From an uncultured Candidatus Saccharibacteria bacterium (GTDB lineage Bacteria; Patescibacteriota; Saccharimonadia; Saccharimonadales; 2-12-FULL-41-12): a stretch of 54,506 bases of DNA. The notes beneath the pieces were generated by a model. That model made no database searches, had not been told where the DNA came from, and saw nothing but the letters and a program-made list of their open reading frames with translations. Below, one piece after another: positions 29,606 through 38,594 of the stretch (the stretch's first letter is position 1; every line of letters starts with the position of its first letter). The stretch covers positions 1 through 54,506 of the forward strand of contig CAZNIK010000001.1 of the NCBI GenBank assembly GCA_964573095.1, written 5' to 3'. A program made the position numbers and the translations under genes.

Positions 29606-30094
29606 ATGAAAAAAGCATTGTTTGGGGCTGGATGTTTTTGGGGAGTGCAATATTATTTTGATCAAGTACCGGGCGTTTTGCGGTCCCGCGTAGGCTATAG
29701 CGGCGGACATACAGACCGGCCAACCTACGAAGAAGTTTGTTCTCATTCAACCGGTCATGCCGAAGTGGTGGAGCTTTCATTTGACGAAAACGTGGTTAGT
29801 TTTCGAACGCTGGTCCGACATTTTTTTAGAATGCACGACCCGACCCAGCTCAATAGGCAGGGTCTTGATGTCGGCGATAATTATCGATCAATAATACTTT
29901 ATTATGACGATGAACAGCGAGAGATTACCCTTGCTGAAAAACAAGCTGCCGCTGAACAGTTTGTCACACCAATTGCCACAGAGGTTGTGCCATATAAAAA
30001 GTTTTTTGCCGGGGAAGCCTACCATCAAAAGTTCGCCGAACGAACAGGAAGGGGCGTATGCCACGTGCCATATTCACCGCTACCCCTCGGATAG
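29606..30094 (+). CDS. msrA: Peptide-methionine (S)-S-oxide reductase
   Basis: GAGCFWG, GHAEVV, HDPTQLNRQG, YHQKF. Confidence 0.96.
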   Translation: MKKALFGAGCFWGVQYYFDQVPGVLRSRVGYSGGHTDRPTYEEVCSHSTGHAEVVELSFDENVVSFRTLVRHFFRMHDPTQLNRQGLDVGDNYRSIILYYDDEQREITLAEKQAAAEQFVTPIATEVVPYKKFFAGEAYHQKFAERTGRGVCHVPYSPLPLG

Positions 30095-30191
30095 CTGAAC
30101 ACACCAAGACGTTATGTGGCTGCGTGTAGTGAGTGTGCTATAGTGGTGGTAATTGATTAGATAGTTCATGCTAGGGAGGCAAGAAAACGCT

Positions 30192-31070
30192 ATGGCAAAA
30201 GCTAAAAAGACTGCAGGGAAAAAGGGGACAAAAAAAAGCGAATCGAAGAAGGCAGAAGCTACCTTGTCAGTTGATGCAGTTAAGCAAGCAACAAAAAGAA
30301 AAGAGCTTACACCACTCGAGAGAATAAAGGCGCTAAACAGTTTTTCGGCTATCGTGTATCTAGCGCTGGCAGTAGCGGTCGTGGCAGTGATGGCCTCTGT
30401 GTCGGCGAAAATTGGTTTGAGTATCAAAGCGCCAGATATGTTGGCAAATTCGGGCGTTGATCCTCTGGTACCAGCTTCTGAGACACTCTTTGATGTGCAA
30501 TTGCGTTATTTTCTAGCCGCGATTCTAGTGGTGGCCGCAGTGGGTTCAGCACTGCTATCTACAAAACTACGCAAAGCTTATGAGGATGGCGTCAATAAGT
30601 CTGCCAGCGCTGTAAGATGGGTGATTTTAGGTCTTACCGCGGGCCTCACGCTTGAGTTTGTGAGTCTCATTGCTGGCATTAACGATGTGATGACCCTAAA
30701 ACTCGTAGGAGGCCTCATAGTAATAACCGCACTATTGGGTTGGATATCCGACAAAGATAACGGCGTAAAAGGTGGGAAATGGTTGGCGTTTGTGTGCGCA
30801 TTAATTGCGGGTACGCTGGCCTGGCTTCCGTTGCTTGGATCTCTTTTTGGCACCAGCGTGTACGGCGATGCAAGATTTGGTTGGCATGTCTATGCGCTCG
30901 CGGGGGTAGTATTCCTTAGTTCGATGTTGATTGCGTATACCCAGTACAAGGCCATACGTCGGACGGCAACTGCTACCACATACGTTGCGAGAGAAGAAAA
31001 GTACCTCAAGATTGACCTTGTGACAAAAATTGCCGTGGTTTTGATTGTTTTGACAGCACTTGCAGCCTAG
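30192..31070 (+). CDS. Heliorhodopsin-like 7-TM protein with atypical retinal pocket
   Basis: SD GGGAGG before ATG 30192. HeR-like segments: LNSFSAIVYL, Y..G.....VRW, AGINDV, GWISDK, IAG..AW, Y...E..Y...DLVTK. Confidence 0.8.
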   Translation: MAKAKKTAGKKGTKKSESKKAEATLSVDAVKQATKRKELTPLERIKALNSFSAIVYLALAVAVVAVMASVSAKIGLSIKAPDMLANSGVDPLVPASETLFDVQLRYFLAAILVVAAVGSALLSTKLRKAYEDGVNKSASAVRWVILGLTAGLTLEFVSLIAGINDVMTLKLVGGLIVITALLGWISDKDNGVKGGKWLAFVCALIAGTLAWLPLLGSLFGTSVYGDARFGWHVYALAGVVFLSSMLIAYTQYKAIRRTATATTYVAREEKYLKIDLVTKIAVVLIVLTALAA

Positions 31071-31307
31071 AGTACGTGCGACGAGTTTCTCGGATTGCTA
31101 ACACTTGTTAATAGGTTGGTGAAAGCGAGGCCAACGACGCGTATCTTAGCTGTAACCCATCAACTCAAGCTAGGGATGCCAGGTGACCCCATTCATCGTC
31201 CAAGAAGGTCTAGAGGATATAACTTGTTCCCCAAAACTCCACACCCCAAATCTCTCGCCATCCTCACCAGAATACAGCCAATATCCACACCGGAACACCG
31301 TAAAACA

Positions 31308-31343
31308 TGTGACTAAAATACGCGATCGCGCAAAAAAGTCACA
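31308..31343. repeat. Nested inverted repeat TGTGACT-N6-CGCGATCGCG-N6-AGTCACA
   Basis: 7-bp outer arms and a 10-bp perfect palindrome share one dyad axis (31325/31326). Confidence 0.75.
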
Positions 31344-31385
31344 CTTTTGTTTGTGGGTTATGCTTTCGAGTTATACTTGGAAGGT

Positions 31386-32072
31386 ATGAAAGTTCATAGA
31401 TTTTTTGTCGGGGAGAACATCAAACTCAAGAAAGACTTTTGGGTCCACGAGGAGTCCTTGTTGTGGCAGTGGAACAAAGTGCTGCGGTTTCGAGCGGGAC
31501 AACAACTAGTGTTGTTCGATGGGCTGCAGACCGACAGGCTTTATGAAATACTTGAACTCAAAAAAACCGAAGCTCATCTGGTAATGCAAACTGAGCTGGA
31601 TCGGGTAATGCCAAAAAAACACATCTATTTGCTGTGGAGCTTACTCAAGAAAGATAATAACGATCTAGTGCTGCAAAAGTGTACGGAGCTTGGGATTTCA
31701 AATTTTGTACCGATTATTTCAGAGCGATCTATCAGAAAGGACTTTAATCTTGATCGGGCGAGAAGAATAATTATTGAAGCTAGCGAGCAGTGTGGGCGAT
31801 CTGCTATTCCGTTTATTCGAGAACCGGTCCATCTACAAAAAGCAATAGATGAATACAAAGATAAAGTGCCGTTATTTATTGCTCATCACGGCGAATCGAA
31901 CAACATCAAAGTTCCGGATACATGCGGCGCTCTGATCGGTCCAGAAGGGGGCTGGAGCCAGCAAGAACTCGAACTTTTTAAGACACTCGAGCTGCCACAT
32001 ATGTCAGTAAGCGAATTTACGCTTCGCGCCGAAACTGCCGCTGTGGCAACAACGACCAGACTGTTACAATAG
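31386..32072 (+). CDS. rsmE: 16S rRNA m3U1498 methyltransferase RsmE
   Basis: KVLRFR, KCTELG, EASEQCGR, LIGPEGG, LRAETA; ATG 31386 preferred. Confidence 0.93.
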   Translation: MKVHRFFVGENIKLKKDFWVHEESLLWQWNKVLRFRAGQQLVLFDGLQTDRLYEILELKKTEAHLVMQTELDRVMPKKHIYLLWSLLKKDNNDLVLQKCTELGISNFVPIISERSIRKDFNLDRARRIIIEASEQCGRSAIPFIREPVHLQKAIDEYKDKVPLFIAHHGESNNIKVPDTCGALIGPEGGWSQQELELFKTLELPHMSVSEFTLRAETAAVATTTRLLQ

Positions 32073-32900
32073 ATGGTAATGAGTTATACCAGAGAGAGGA
32101 CCCAGCCTTACTTGCCGGGACAGACGACACCGTTTAAGGTGAGTCGTACCAAGATAGAAGATTTTGTTACCTGCCAAAGATGTTTTTGGCTAGACCGGCG
32201 AATGAAGATTCCTCGTCCAAGCTCTCCGCCGTTTAATATCAATAAAGCAATTGATGAATTGTTCAAAAAGGAGTTTGACGCCCATCGAAAAGCTGGTACC
32301 CAGCACCCATTGCAAAAGAAATTTAAGATTGATGCGGTGCCATTTACTCACGAAGAGCTAAACACGTGGAGAACAAATTTTACGGGAGTGCAGGCGTTGC
32401 ATGAGCCAACAAATTTGCTCATTTTTGGGGCAGTTGATGATGTGTGGGTGAAGCCTAACGGTGAATTGATCGTGGTGGACTACAAAGCTACCGCCAAAGC
32501 AAAAGAGATCACCGATCTTGAACCCAAAGGCACGTGGCACGATATGTATCGGCGACAGATGGAGGTATATCAGTGGTTGCTTCGCCAGAAGGGCTTCAAA
32601 GTGAGCGATACCGGCTACTTTGTCTATGCAAATGGCGATGCCAGTGCAGAAGATTTTGGTGATATTTTGAAGTTTCGAACCCATGTATTTCCTCACGTTG
32701 GTGACGATAGCTGGGTGGAGCCAACAATTATCAAGATGAAAAAGTGCCTAGAGGGTGACATCCCAGAGGTGGGTAACGCTGCTATGGGCGGTCCCTGTGA
32801 ATATTGTAGTTATTCCAAAAGGAGAACGAGCGATACGCTTAAGTACTTGATGGAAAAGGGAATTTCTATCGAACAAGCACTGAATAAACTTGAGAGCTGA
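32073..32900 (+). CDS. PD-(D/E)xK nuclease family protein (RecB/Cas4-like), solo
   Basis: CQRC, GAVDDVW, IVVDYK, RRQMEVY (QxxxY), CEYC. Confidence 0.85.
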   Translation: MVMSYTRERTQPYLPGQTTPFKVSRTKIEDFVTCQRCFWLDRRMKIPRPSSPPFNINKAIDELFKKEFDAHRKAGTQHPLQKKFKIDAVPFTHEELNTWRTNFTGVQALHEPTNLLIFGAVDDVWVKPNGELIVVDYKATAKAKEITDLEPKGTWHDMYRRQMEVYQWLLRQKGFKVSDTGYFVYANGDASAEDFGDILKFRTHVFPHVGDDSWVEPTIIKMKKCLEGDIPEVGNAAMGGPCEYCSYSKRRTSDTLKYLMEKGISIEQALNKLES

Positions 32901-32914
32901 GCTATACTAGAAGT

Positions 32915-34159
32915 ATGGTAGATATACAGGTAATTCGTGACGATCCCGAGTTAGTAAAAGAAAAGTCAAAACAAAAAGGGTACGAGGTAGACATTGACAA
33001 ACTGCTGTCGCTCGACGAGGAGCGCAAGCAGCTACTTTCCCAAGTCGACACGCTTCGTCAAAAACGCAACGAAATAGCTGGCAGAATGAGGGGCGGCAAG
33101 CCCTCCGAGGCTGACATCAACGAAGGCAAGCAAGTCAAAGTGCAGCTGGCCGAGCGGGAAGAGTTGTTAGATAAGACTGAGTCCGAATGGCTTGATCTAC
33201 TCAAGATGGTGCCAAATCCCGCAGCAGATGATGTGCCGGTAGGTGACGAGGACAAAAGCATAGAAGTTGGATCTTTTGGCGATAAAAGTAGCGGCGCAAT
33301 GGACCACCTTGACTTGGCTGAGAAAAAAGATTGGGTAGATTTTGAGCGTGGCTCCAAGGTCGCCGGGGCTAAGTTCTATTATCTAAAAGGCGATCTTGCG
33401 CTCCTAGAAAACGCGTTAACCCAATATGCCCTCGACTTTATTGCCAAAAAAGGCTTCACGTTTATGACAGTTCCACATCTGGTTAGTTCGCAGGTCATGA
33501 ATGGCGCCGGCTTCTCGCCTCGTACGAGCGACCAAAGCGATGAGTACTTCATCGACGGCGAAGACCTTGGTCTTATAGCCACGGCCGAAATCCCGTTGAC
33601 TGGTTATCACAAAGACGAAATCATTGATGAAGAAAAGTTGCCACTAAAGTACGTTGCTCTCAGTCCGTGTTACCGTAAAGAAGCAGGTGCTTATGGCAAA
33701 CATGCTCGAGGACTCTTCCGCGTCCACCAGTTTAACAAGCTAGAGATGTACGCGTTTACGACCCCGGAACGGAGCCAGCAAATGCACGAAGATATGCGAA
33801 AGATTGAAGAAGAGCTGTGGCAGAGCATTGGCATTCCATATCACGTTATCAACACCGCATCGGGTGATCTTGGTGCGCCTGCAGTAAAAAAGTATGACAT
33901 AGAGTACTGGTCCAAGGTAGATTCTCAGTACCGCGAACTGACCAGCTGTTCTAATTGTACGGATTATCAAGCGCGAAATCTCAACATTCGAGTGCGTCGC
34001 GAGGACGGCAGGGTTGAAGCATTGCATACACTCAACGGTACAGCCGTCGCGCTCGCAAGGTCTTTGATAGCGATAATTGAGCATTTTCAGATAGAAAATG
34101 GCGACCTTCGTATACCGGAGGTCCTAAAGCCGTATATGGGTAATCGTGACACAATCTAG
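32915..34159 (+). CDS. serS: Seryl-tRNA synthetase
   Basis: N-terminal coiled coil, ATAEIPL, CYRKEAG, GLFRVHQF, SCSNCTDYQAR, HTLNGT. Confidence 0.98.
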   Translation: MVDIQVIRDDPELVKEKSKQKGYEVDIDKLLSLDEERKQLLSQVDTLRQKRNEIAGRMRGGKPSEADINEGKQVKVQLAEREELLDKTESEWLDLLKMVPNPAADDVPVGDEDKSIEVGSFGDKSSGAMDHLDLAEKKDWVDFERGSKVAGAKFYYLKGDLALLENALTQYALDFIAKKGFTFMTVPHLVSSQVMNGAGFSPRTSDQSDEYFIDGEDLGLIATAEIPLTGYHKDEIIDEEKLPLKYVALSPCYRKEAGAYGKHARGLFRVHQFNKLEMYAFTTPERSQQMHEDMRKIEEELWQSIGIPYHVINTASGDLGAPAVKKYDIEYWSKVDSQYRELTSCSNCTDYQARNLNIRVRREDGRVEALHTLNGTAVALARSLIAIIEHFQIENGDLRIPEVLKPYMGNRDTI

Positions 34160-34175
34160 ATAAAAGGAGGGTCCT

Positions 34176-34541
34176 ATGATCAAATCAATACAACTGAGCG
34201 GGGTTCACAGCCAAATTACCGATGATGAGAAAAAGTATGTCCGCCGAAAGGTTGGTGGCCTCGAAAAATACGTACCAAAAAACGCTCGTCAAAGTGTAGC
34301 AGCCGAGGTAAAACTGAAGCAAAAGAAAGCCAAAGACAAGCAAACCTACGAGTGTGAAGTCATTTTAAATCTGCCAAAAGCAACACTTGCGGCGCACGAG
34401 AAGGCAACTACTGCTCTTGCTGCAATCGATCTTGTTGAGGCCAATCTGCGAAACCAACTCAAGAAATATAAAGACAAACATGGATCATCGCGATTCCATC
34501 GACACATTATTGCTCGCTTTAAACGCAAGAGCCTGCGTTAG
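34176..34541 (+). CDS. hpf: Ribosome hibernation promoting factor / RaiA
   Basis: YVRRKVGGLEKY, AAIDLVEANLRNQLKKYKDK; upstream of secA. Confidence 0.85.
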   Translation: MIKSIQLSGVHSQITDDEKKYVRRKVGGLEKYVPKNARQSVAAEVKLKQKKAKDKQTYECEVILNLPKATLAAHEKATTALAAIDLVEANLRNQLKKYKDKHGSSRFHRHIIARFKRKSLR

Positions 34542-34638
34542 ATTGGCTTAACAGAGTAATTACACTTACCATTTCACCGTCACTACGCTACAATATAAAG
34601 CAGTTTAGTAAAAAACTAGCGAGGGAAAATCCTAATCT

Positions 34639-37245
34639 ATGAAGAATAAGGTATTGAAGCGTGTCCTTGGTGATCCTCAGATTCGTGTACTCAAGCGGCT
34701 GAAAAAGCGCGTGATCGACATAAATAAGCTGGAGAATAAATACAAAAAGCTTTCTGATGACCAGTTAAGAGAACAAACTACCCTCCTAAAAAAGCGTCTT
34801 GATAAAGAAACGCTCGACAAAATACTTCCCGATGCCTTTGCTCTTGTGAGAGAGGCTTCCGGCAGGACGCTTGGTATGCGGCACTTTGACGTGCAATTGA
34901 TGGGAGGCGTCGCACTTCATAACGGAAGCGTCGCCGAGATGAAAACCGGTGAGGGAAAAACCTTGGTCGCCACAGCCCCAGTGTATCTAAACGCGCTCAC
35001 CGCCAAAGGTGTCCATGTGGTCACAGTAAATGATTATCTCGCCCAGAGGGATGCGGGCTGGATGGGGGAAGTCTATGACTTTTTGGGTCTCAGTGTTGGT
35101 GTAATTATTGCCGAAGCTTCATTCCTCTATGACAAAAACCATAAGAACACCGATCATGAAGACTCACGGATGCAAAAACTAAAGCCTTGCACGAGGCAAG
35201 AGGCATATAACGCAGATATCACCTACGGAACAAACAATGAGTATGGGTTTGATTATCTGCGTGACAACATGGTTCGCGAAACCGAACAGTTACGTCAGCG
35301 CGAGCTGAACTTTGCGATCGTTGACGAAGTTGACTCAATTCTTATTGATGAGGCGCGAACGCCGCTCATTATTTCGGCTCCGTCTACCGCCAGCGGAACC
35401 GCCTACCAACAGTTTGCAAAAGTCGTCAGAGGTCTAGAGAAAGATGTCCACTACGAAGTCGACGAAAAACGAAAATCGTCAGTATTAACAGATGACGGAA
35501 TAGATCAAGTCGAAAAAGTTTTAGGAATTACCAACCTCTATGCGTCGACGAACATTCGCACGCTGTACCACTTAGAGCAAGCGCTTCGGGCGCAAGCGCT
35601 CTTTAAGCGTGATAAAGATTATGTCGTTACCACTGACGGCGAAGTGGTTATCGTGGACGAATTTACCGGACGATTACTAAAAGGTCGGCGTTATAACGAG
35701 GGGCTTCATCAAGCAATCGAAGCAAAAGAAGGGGTAGAGATTCAAGAAGAATCAATGACGCTGGCCACCATAAGCTTCCAGAACTATTTTCGATTGTACG
35801 AAAAGCTTTCCGGTATGACGGGTACGGCAACAACTGAAGCCGAAGAGTTCCATCAAGTATACAAACTCGATGTGGTCGAAATTCCGCCGAATCAAAAGCT
35901 TATTAGGGTCGATAGGCCAGATCGAATATACAAGACCGAAAACGGCAAGTTTCGATCCATTATTAAAGAGGTCAAGCGGCTTCACAAGAAAGGCCAACCG
36001 GTACTTATTGGTACGGTATCGATCGAGCGAAATGAGCGACTAAGCCGTCTCCTCAAAGAAGCTGGTATTCCACACCAAGTTTTGAATGCCAAGAACAACG
36101 AGAAAGAAGCAACGATTGTCGCCAAAGCGGGCAGAAAAGGCGCCGTAACACTTGCCACCAACATTGCGGGTAGAGGTACTGACATTGTGCTTGACGACGA
36201 CGCCAAGAAGGCCGGAGGGTTGTTTGTGCTTGGTTCTGAGCGGCATGAGTCGAGACGGATCGACAATCAGCTTCGTGGTCGCTCGGGTAGGCAAGGCGAT
36301 CCAGGCGAGACGCAATTTTTTGTAAGCTGTGAAGACGATTTGATGCGTATCTTTGGTGGGGATCGCATTCTAAGCGTCATGAACAGACTCAAAGTCGACG
36401 AAGAGACGCCGATAGAGAACCGAGTCATTAGCAAAAGCTTAGAAGCCTCGCAGAAGAAGGTTGAAGGCTTTAACTTTGATGCCCGAAAAGATGTGGTGAA
36501 ATATGACGACGTCATGAACCGCCACCGAAAAGCCACCTACAGTATGCGAGGTGAAATTCTTCGGCAAGCCGATATAAGTAAGCGCGTCAACGAGTTTATC
36601 TCGTCCGAAGCCAAAGATTTGGCGCATTCGCCCCTTGCAACCACCGAACAATACGAAGGCGTGCTCAAAGAAGTATTTCCATTTGAGGATAGTACCCTCG
36701 ATAAATTGTTTGATGAGCCTTCTAACACGTTTGAGAAAGAGCTGGCTGCACAGGCGAGAACACTTTACAAAGAACAAGAAGAGCGATTTGGAAACGATAT
36801 TCTTCGTAAGATCGAGCGCGATATCTATTTACAAACCCTGGATAATTACTGGATGCAGCACTTGGAGAATATGGAACACCTGCGTGAGGGGATTCGCTGG
36901 ATCGCCGTAGGCCAGAGAGACCCTCTGGTGGAGTATCGGCGGCAGTCGCAACGGATGTTTGAGGAGATGCAGGTTAATTTGCGTCATGACGTTGTTCGCT
37001 CGCTTTATCATGCCCGGCCGATTGACGAAAGCCAGCTCGATAGAGCGGTGGAAACCGAGCTCACTCGGGCAGCGCGTAACGCGGTTGATAATGCCGATAA
37101 AATTCTCGATGCCGATGAATTTAAAGAAACCGACTTTATTTCCGAAAAACAACAAAGATCACGCGCAAAAAAACAGGCCGAGAAACGCAAAAAGGCTCGA
37201 AAAAGCGAACGCCAAAATAAAAAGAAAGCCAAAAAACGTCGCTAA
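34639..37245 (+). CDS. secA: Preprotein translocase ATPase SecA
   Basis: MRHFDVQL, MKTGEGKT, VDEVDSILIDEARTPLIIS, ATNIAGRGTDI, QLRGRSGRQGDPG; no C-terminal Zn finger. Confidence 0.98.
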   Translation: MKNKVLKRVLGDPQIRVLKRLKKRVIDINKLENKYKKLSDDQLREQTTLLKKRLDKETLDKILPDAFALVREASGRTLGMRHFDVQLMGGVALHNGSVAEMKTGEGKTLVATAPVYLNALTAKGVHVVTVNDYLAQRDAGWMGEVYDFLGLSVGVIIAEASFLYDKNHKNTDHEDSRMQKLKPCTRQEAYNADITYGTNNEYGFDYLRDNMVRETEQLRQRELNFAIVDEVDSILIDEARTPLIISAPSTASGTAYQQFAKVVRGLEKDVHYEVDEKRKSSVLTDDGIDQVEKVLGITNLYASTNIRTLYHLEQALRAQALFKRDKDYVVTTDGEVVIVDEFTGRLLKGRRYNEGLHQAIEAKEGVEIQEESMTLATISFQNYFRLYEKLSGMTGTATTEAEEFHQVYKLDVVEIPPNQKLIRVDRPDRIYKTENGKFRSIIKEVKRLHKKGQPVLIGTVSIERNERLSRLLKEAGIPHQVLNAKNNEKEATIVAKAGRKGAVTLATNIAGRGTDIVLDDDAKKAGGLFVLGSERHESRRIDNQLRGRSGRQGDPGETQFFVSCEDDLMRIFGGDRILSVMNRLKVDEETPIENRVISKSLEASQKKVEGFNFDARKDVVKYDDVMNRHRKATYSMRGEILRQADISKRVNEFISSEAKDLAHSPLATTEQYEGVLKEVFPFEDSTLDKLFDEPSNTFEKELAAQARTLYKEQEERFGNDILRKIERDIYLQTLDNYWMQHLENMEHLREGIRWIAVGQRDPLVEYRRQSQRMFEEMQVNLRHDVVRSLYHARPIDESQLDRAVETELTRAARNAVDNADKILDADEFKETDFISEKQQRSRAKKQAEKRKKARKSERQNKKKAKKRR

Positions 37246-37275
37246 TCATCAACTAGTATTTTTGGGAGCCTCATA

Positions 37276-38562
37276 GTGAAACACACAGTTAAAGAAGTTG
37301 TTTTAGATAACGGAGCGAAGGGTGTGCTTGTGCACATTCCAGACGCATCCGTCATGTCTTTCCAGATTGATTTTAGGGCAGGCGAGTATCTTGTCGATCG
37401 TGAGATATGGGAAGCGCCGCATATTATGGAGCACTTACTGCTCGGTGCGAATAAGCGCATTCCAAAAGCCCGGGCTTTTCAAGCCGAGTTTGAAAAGAAC
37501 GGGGCGTATTGTAACGCCAGCACCGGGCCGTACGACATCATGTATGAGGCTGAGTGTGCCGATTTTGAGTGGCAAAGGATAATGGATTGGTTGCTGGTGG
37601 CTATTACCGAGCCTCTGTTTTTGGAAGACGAGTACAAAGCTGAAGTCGGCAATGTCAGAGAAGAGTTGACAGCAAGATCAAACAATCACTTTCGCCACCT
37701 CAGTATCGCGCTGCGAGAAGCCTATGGGTTTTTTAGCGTCACAGATCAAGAACGCCTAAAACTAATGAGAAACGTCAAAATAGAAGACATAAAAAACCAC
37801 TACAAGGCCACGCACTATACGAGCAATATGCGTTTTATGATTTCTGGCAACATCACCCGCACTCGTCGAGAGCAAATTACCTCAGCTCTTAATTCGCTTG
37901 CGCTCCCAAAAGGCAGAACCCGCAAAGAGCTGCCCGTCGAAGTTCCAAAACTACTCGAGTCGCCATTGGTTATTCGGAATCGAACGGTAGATAATTATTA
38001 TTTCTATTTTGACACTTTCGTAAAACGACGAATGACTAACCAAGAACTTACTTCGATGAGCTTGTTAAATAGCATGATGACAGGCACCTTGTATTCAAGG
38101 ATCTTGGGCACCGCACGCGAGCGAGGTTTGGTATACAGTATGAACTCGGGGGTAAGCTTTGATAGGAGCAGCACAAATTGGTGGTTTGGTGCTCAAGTCC
38201 GCCCCGATAATGCCCCCAAGCTTTTTGAAATTGTCGTGACTGAGCTTGAGCAAGTTTTTGCGGGCAAGATTACCAAAGACGAAATTAACGCCGCTAAAAT
38301 GTATAAACTCGGGAGTTATCAGAGAGGTTATCAAACCGTGACAGGACTCGGCAGCTATTATTCTGGGCAGTATTTTTTCGATGACACCTACGTGGATTAC
38401 CACGTGCTCCCAGAGCGGATTAAGGACGTGACTAAGCGACAAATGGTGGCCTGCGCCAAAGAATTATTTGCTGACAATATCTGGGGTTTTGGCTTGTTGG
38501 GGAATCCCAAGAAAGAAGAAGTGCAAGCAATACACGATCGGCTACGTGGGCTGTGGTCCTAG
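37276..38562 (+). CDS. M16 (pitrilysin/insulinase) family zinc peptidase
   Basis: HIMEH inverted zincin, NAST, ARERGLVYS. Confidence 0.9.
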   Translation: MKHTVKEVVLDNGAKGVLVHIPDASVMSFQIDFRAGEYLVDREIWEAPHIMEHLLLGANKRIPKARAFQAEFEKNGAYCNASTGPYDIMYEAECADFEWQRIMDWLLVAITEPLFLEDEYKAEVGNVREELTARSNNHFRHLSIALREAYGFFSVTDQERLKLMRNVKIEDIKNHYKATHYTSNMRFMISGNITRTRREQITSALNSLALPKGRTRKELPVEVPKLLESPLVIRNRTVDNYYFYFDTFVKRRMTNQELTSMSLLNSMMTGTLYSRILGTARERGLVYSMNSGVSFDRSSTNWWFGAQVRPDNAPKLFEIVVTELEQVFAGKITKDEINAAKMYKLGSYQRGYQTVTGLGSYYSGQYFFDDTYVDYHVLPERIKDVTKRQMVACAKELFADNIWGFGLLGNPKKEEVQAIHDRLRGLWS

Positions 38563-38594
38563 GTGCGGCACTTGGTATACTTAAAGGATAGCTT

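Noticed and set aside
31071-31307. Small ORFs or a known ncRNA (tmRNA, RNase P, 6S) in the HeR-rsmE gap
   Set aside because: No conserved signature recognised on either strand, and the short ORFs lack convincing starts or motifs
32073-32900. CRISPR-Cas locus
   Set aside because: No repeat-spacer array, cas1 or cas2 anywhere in the window
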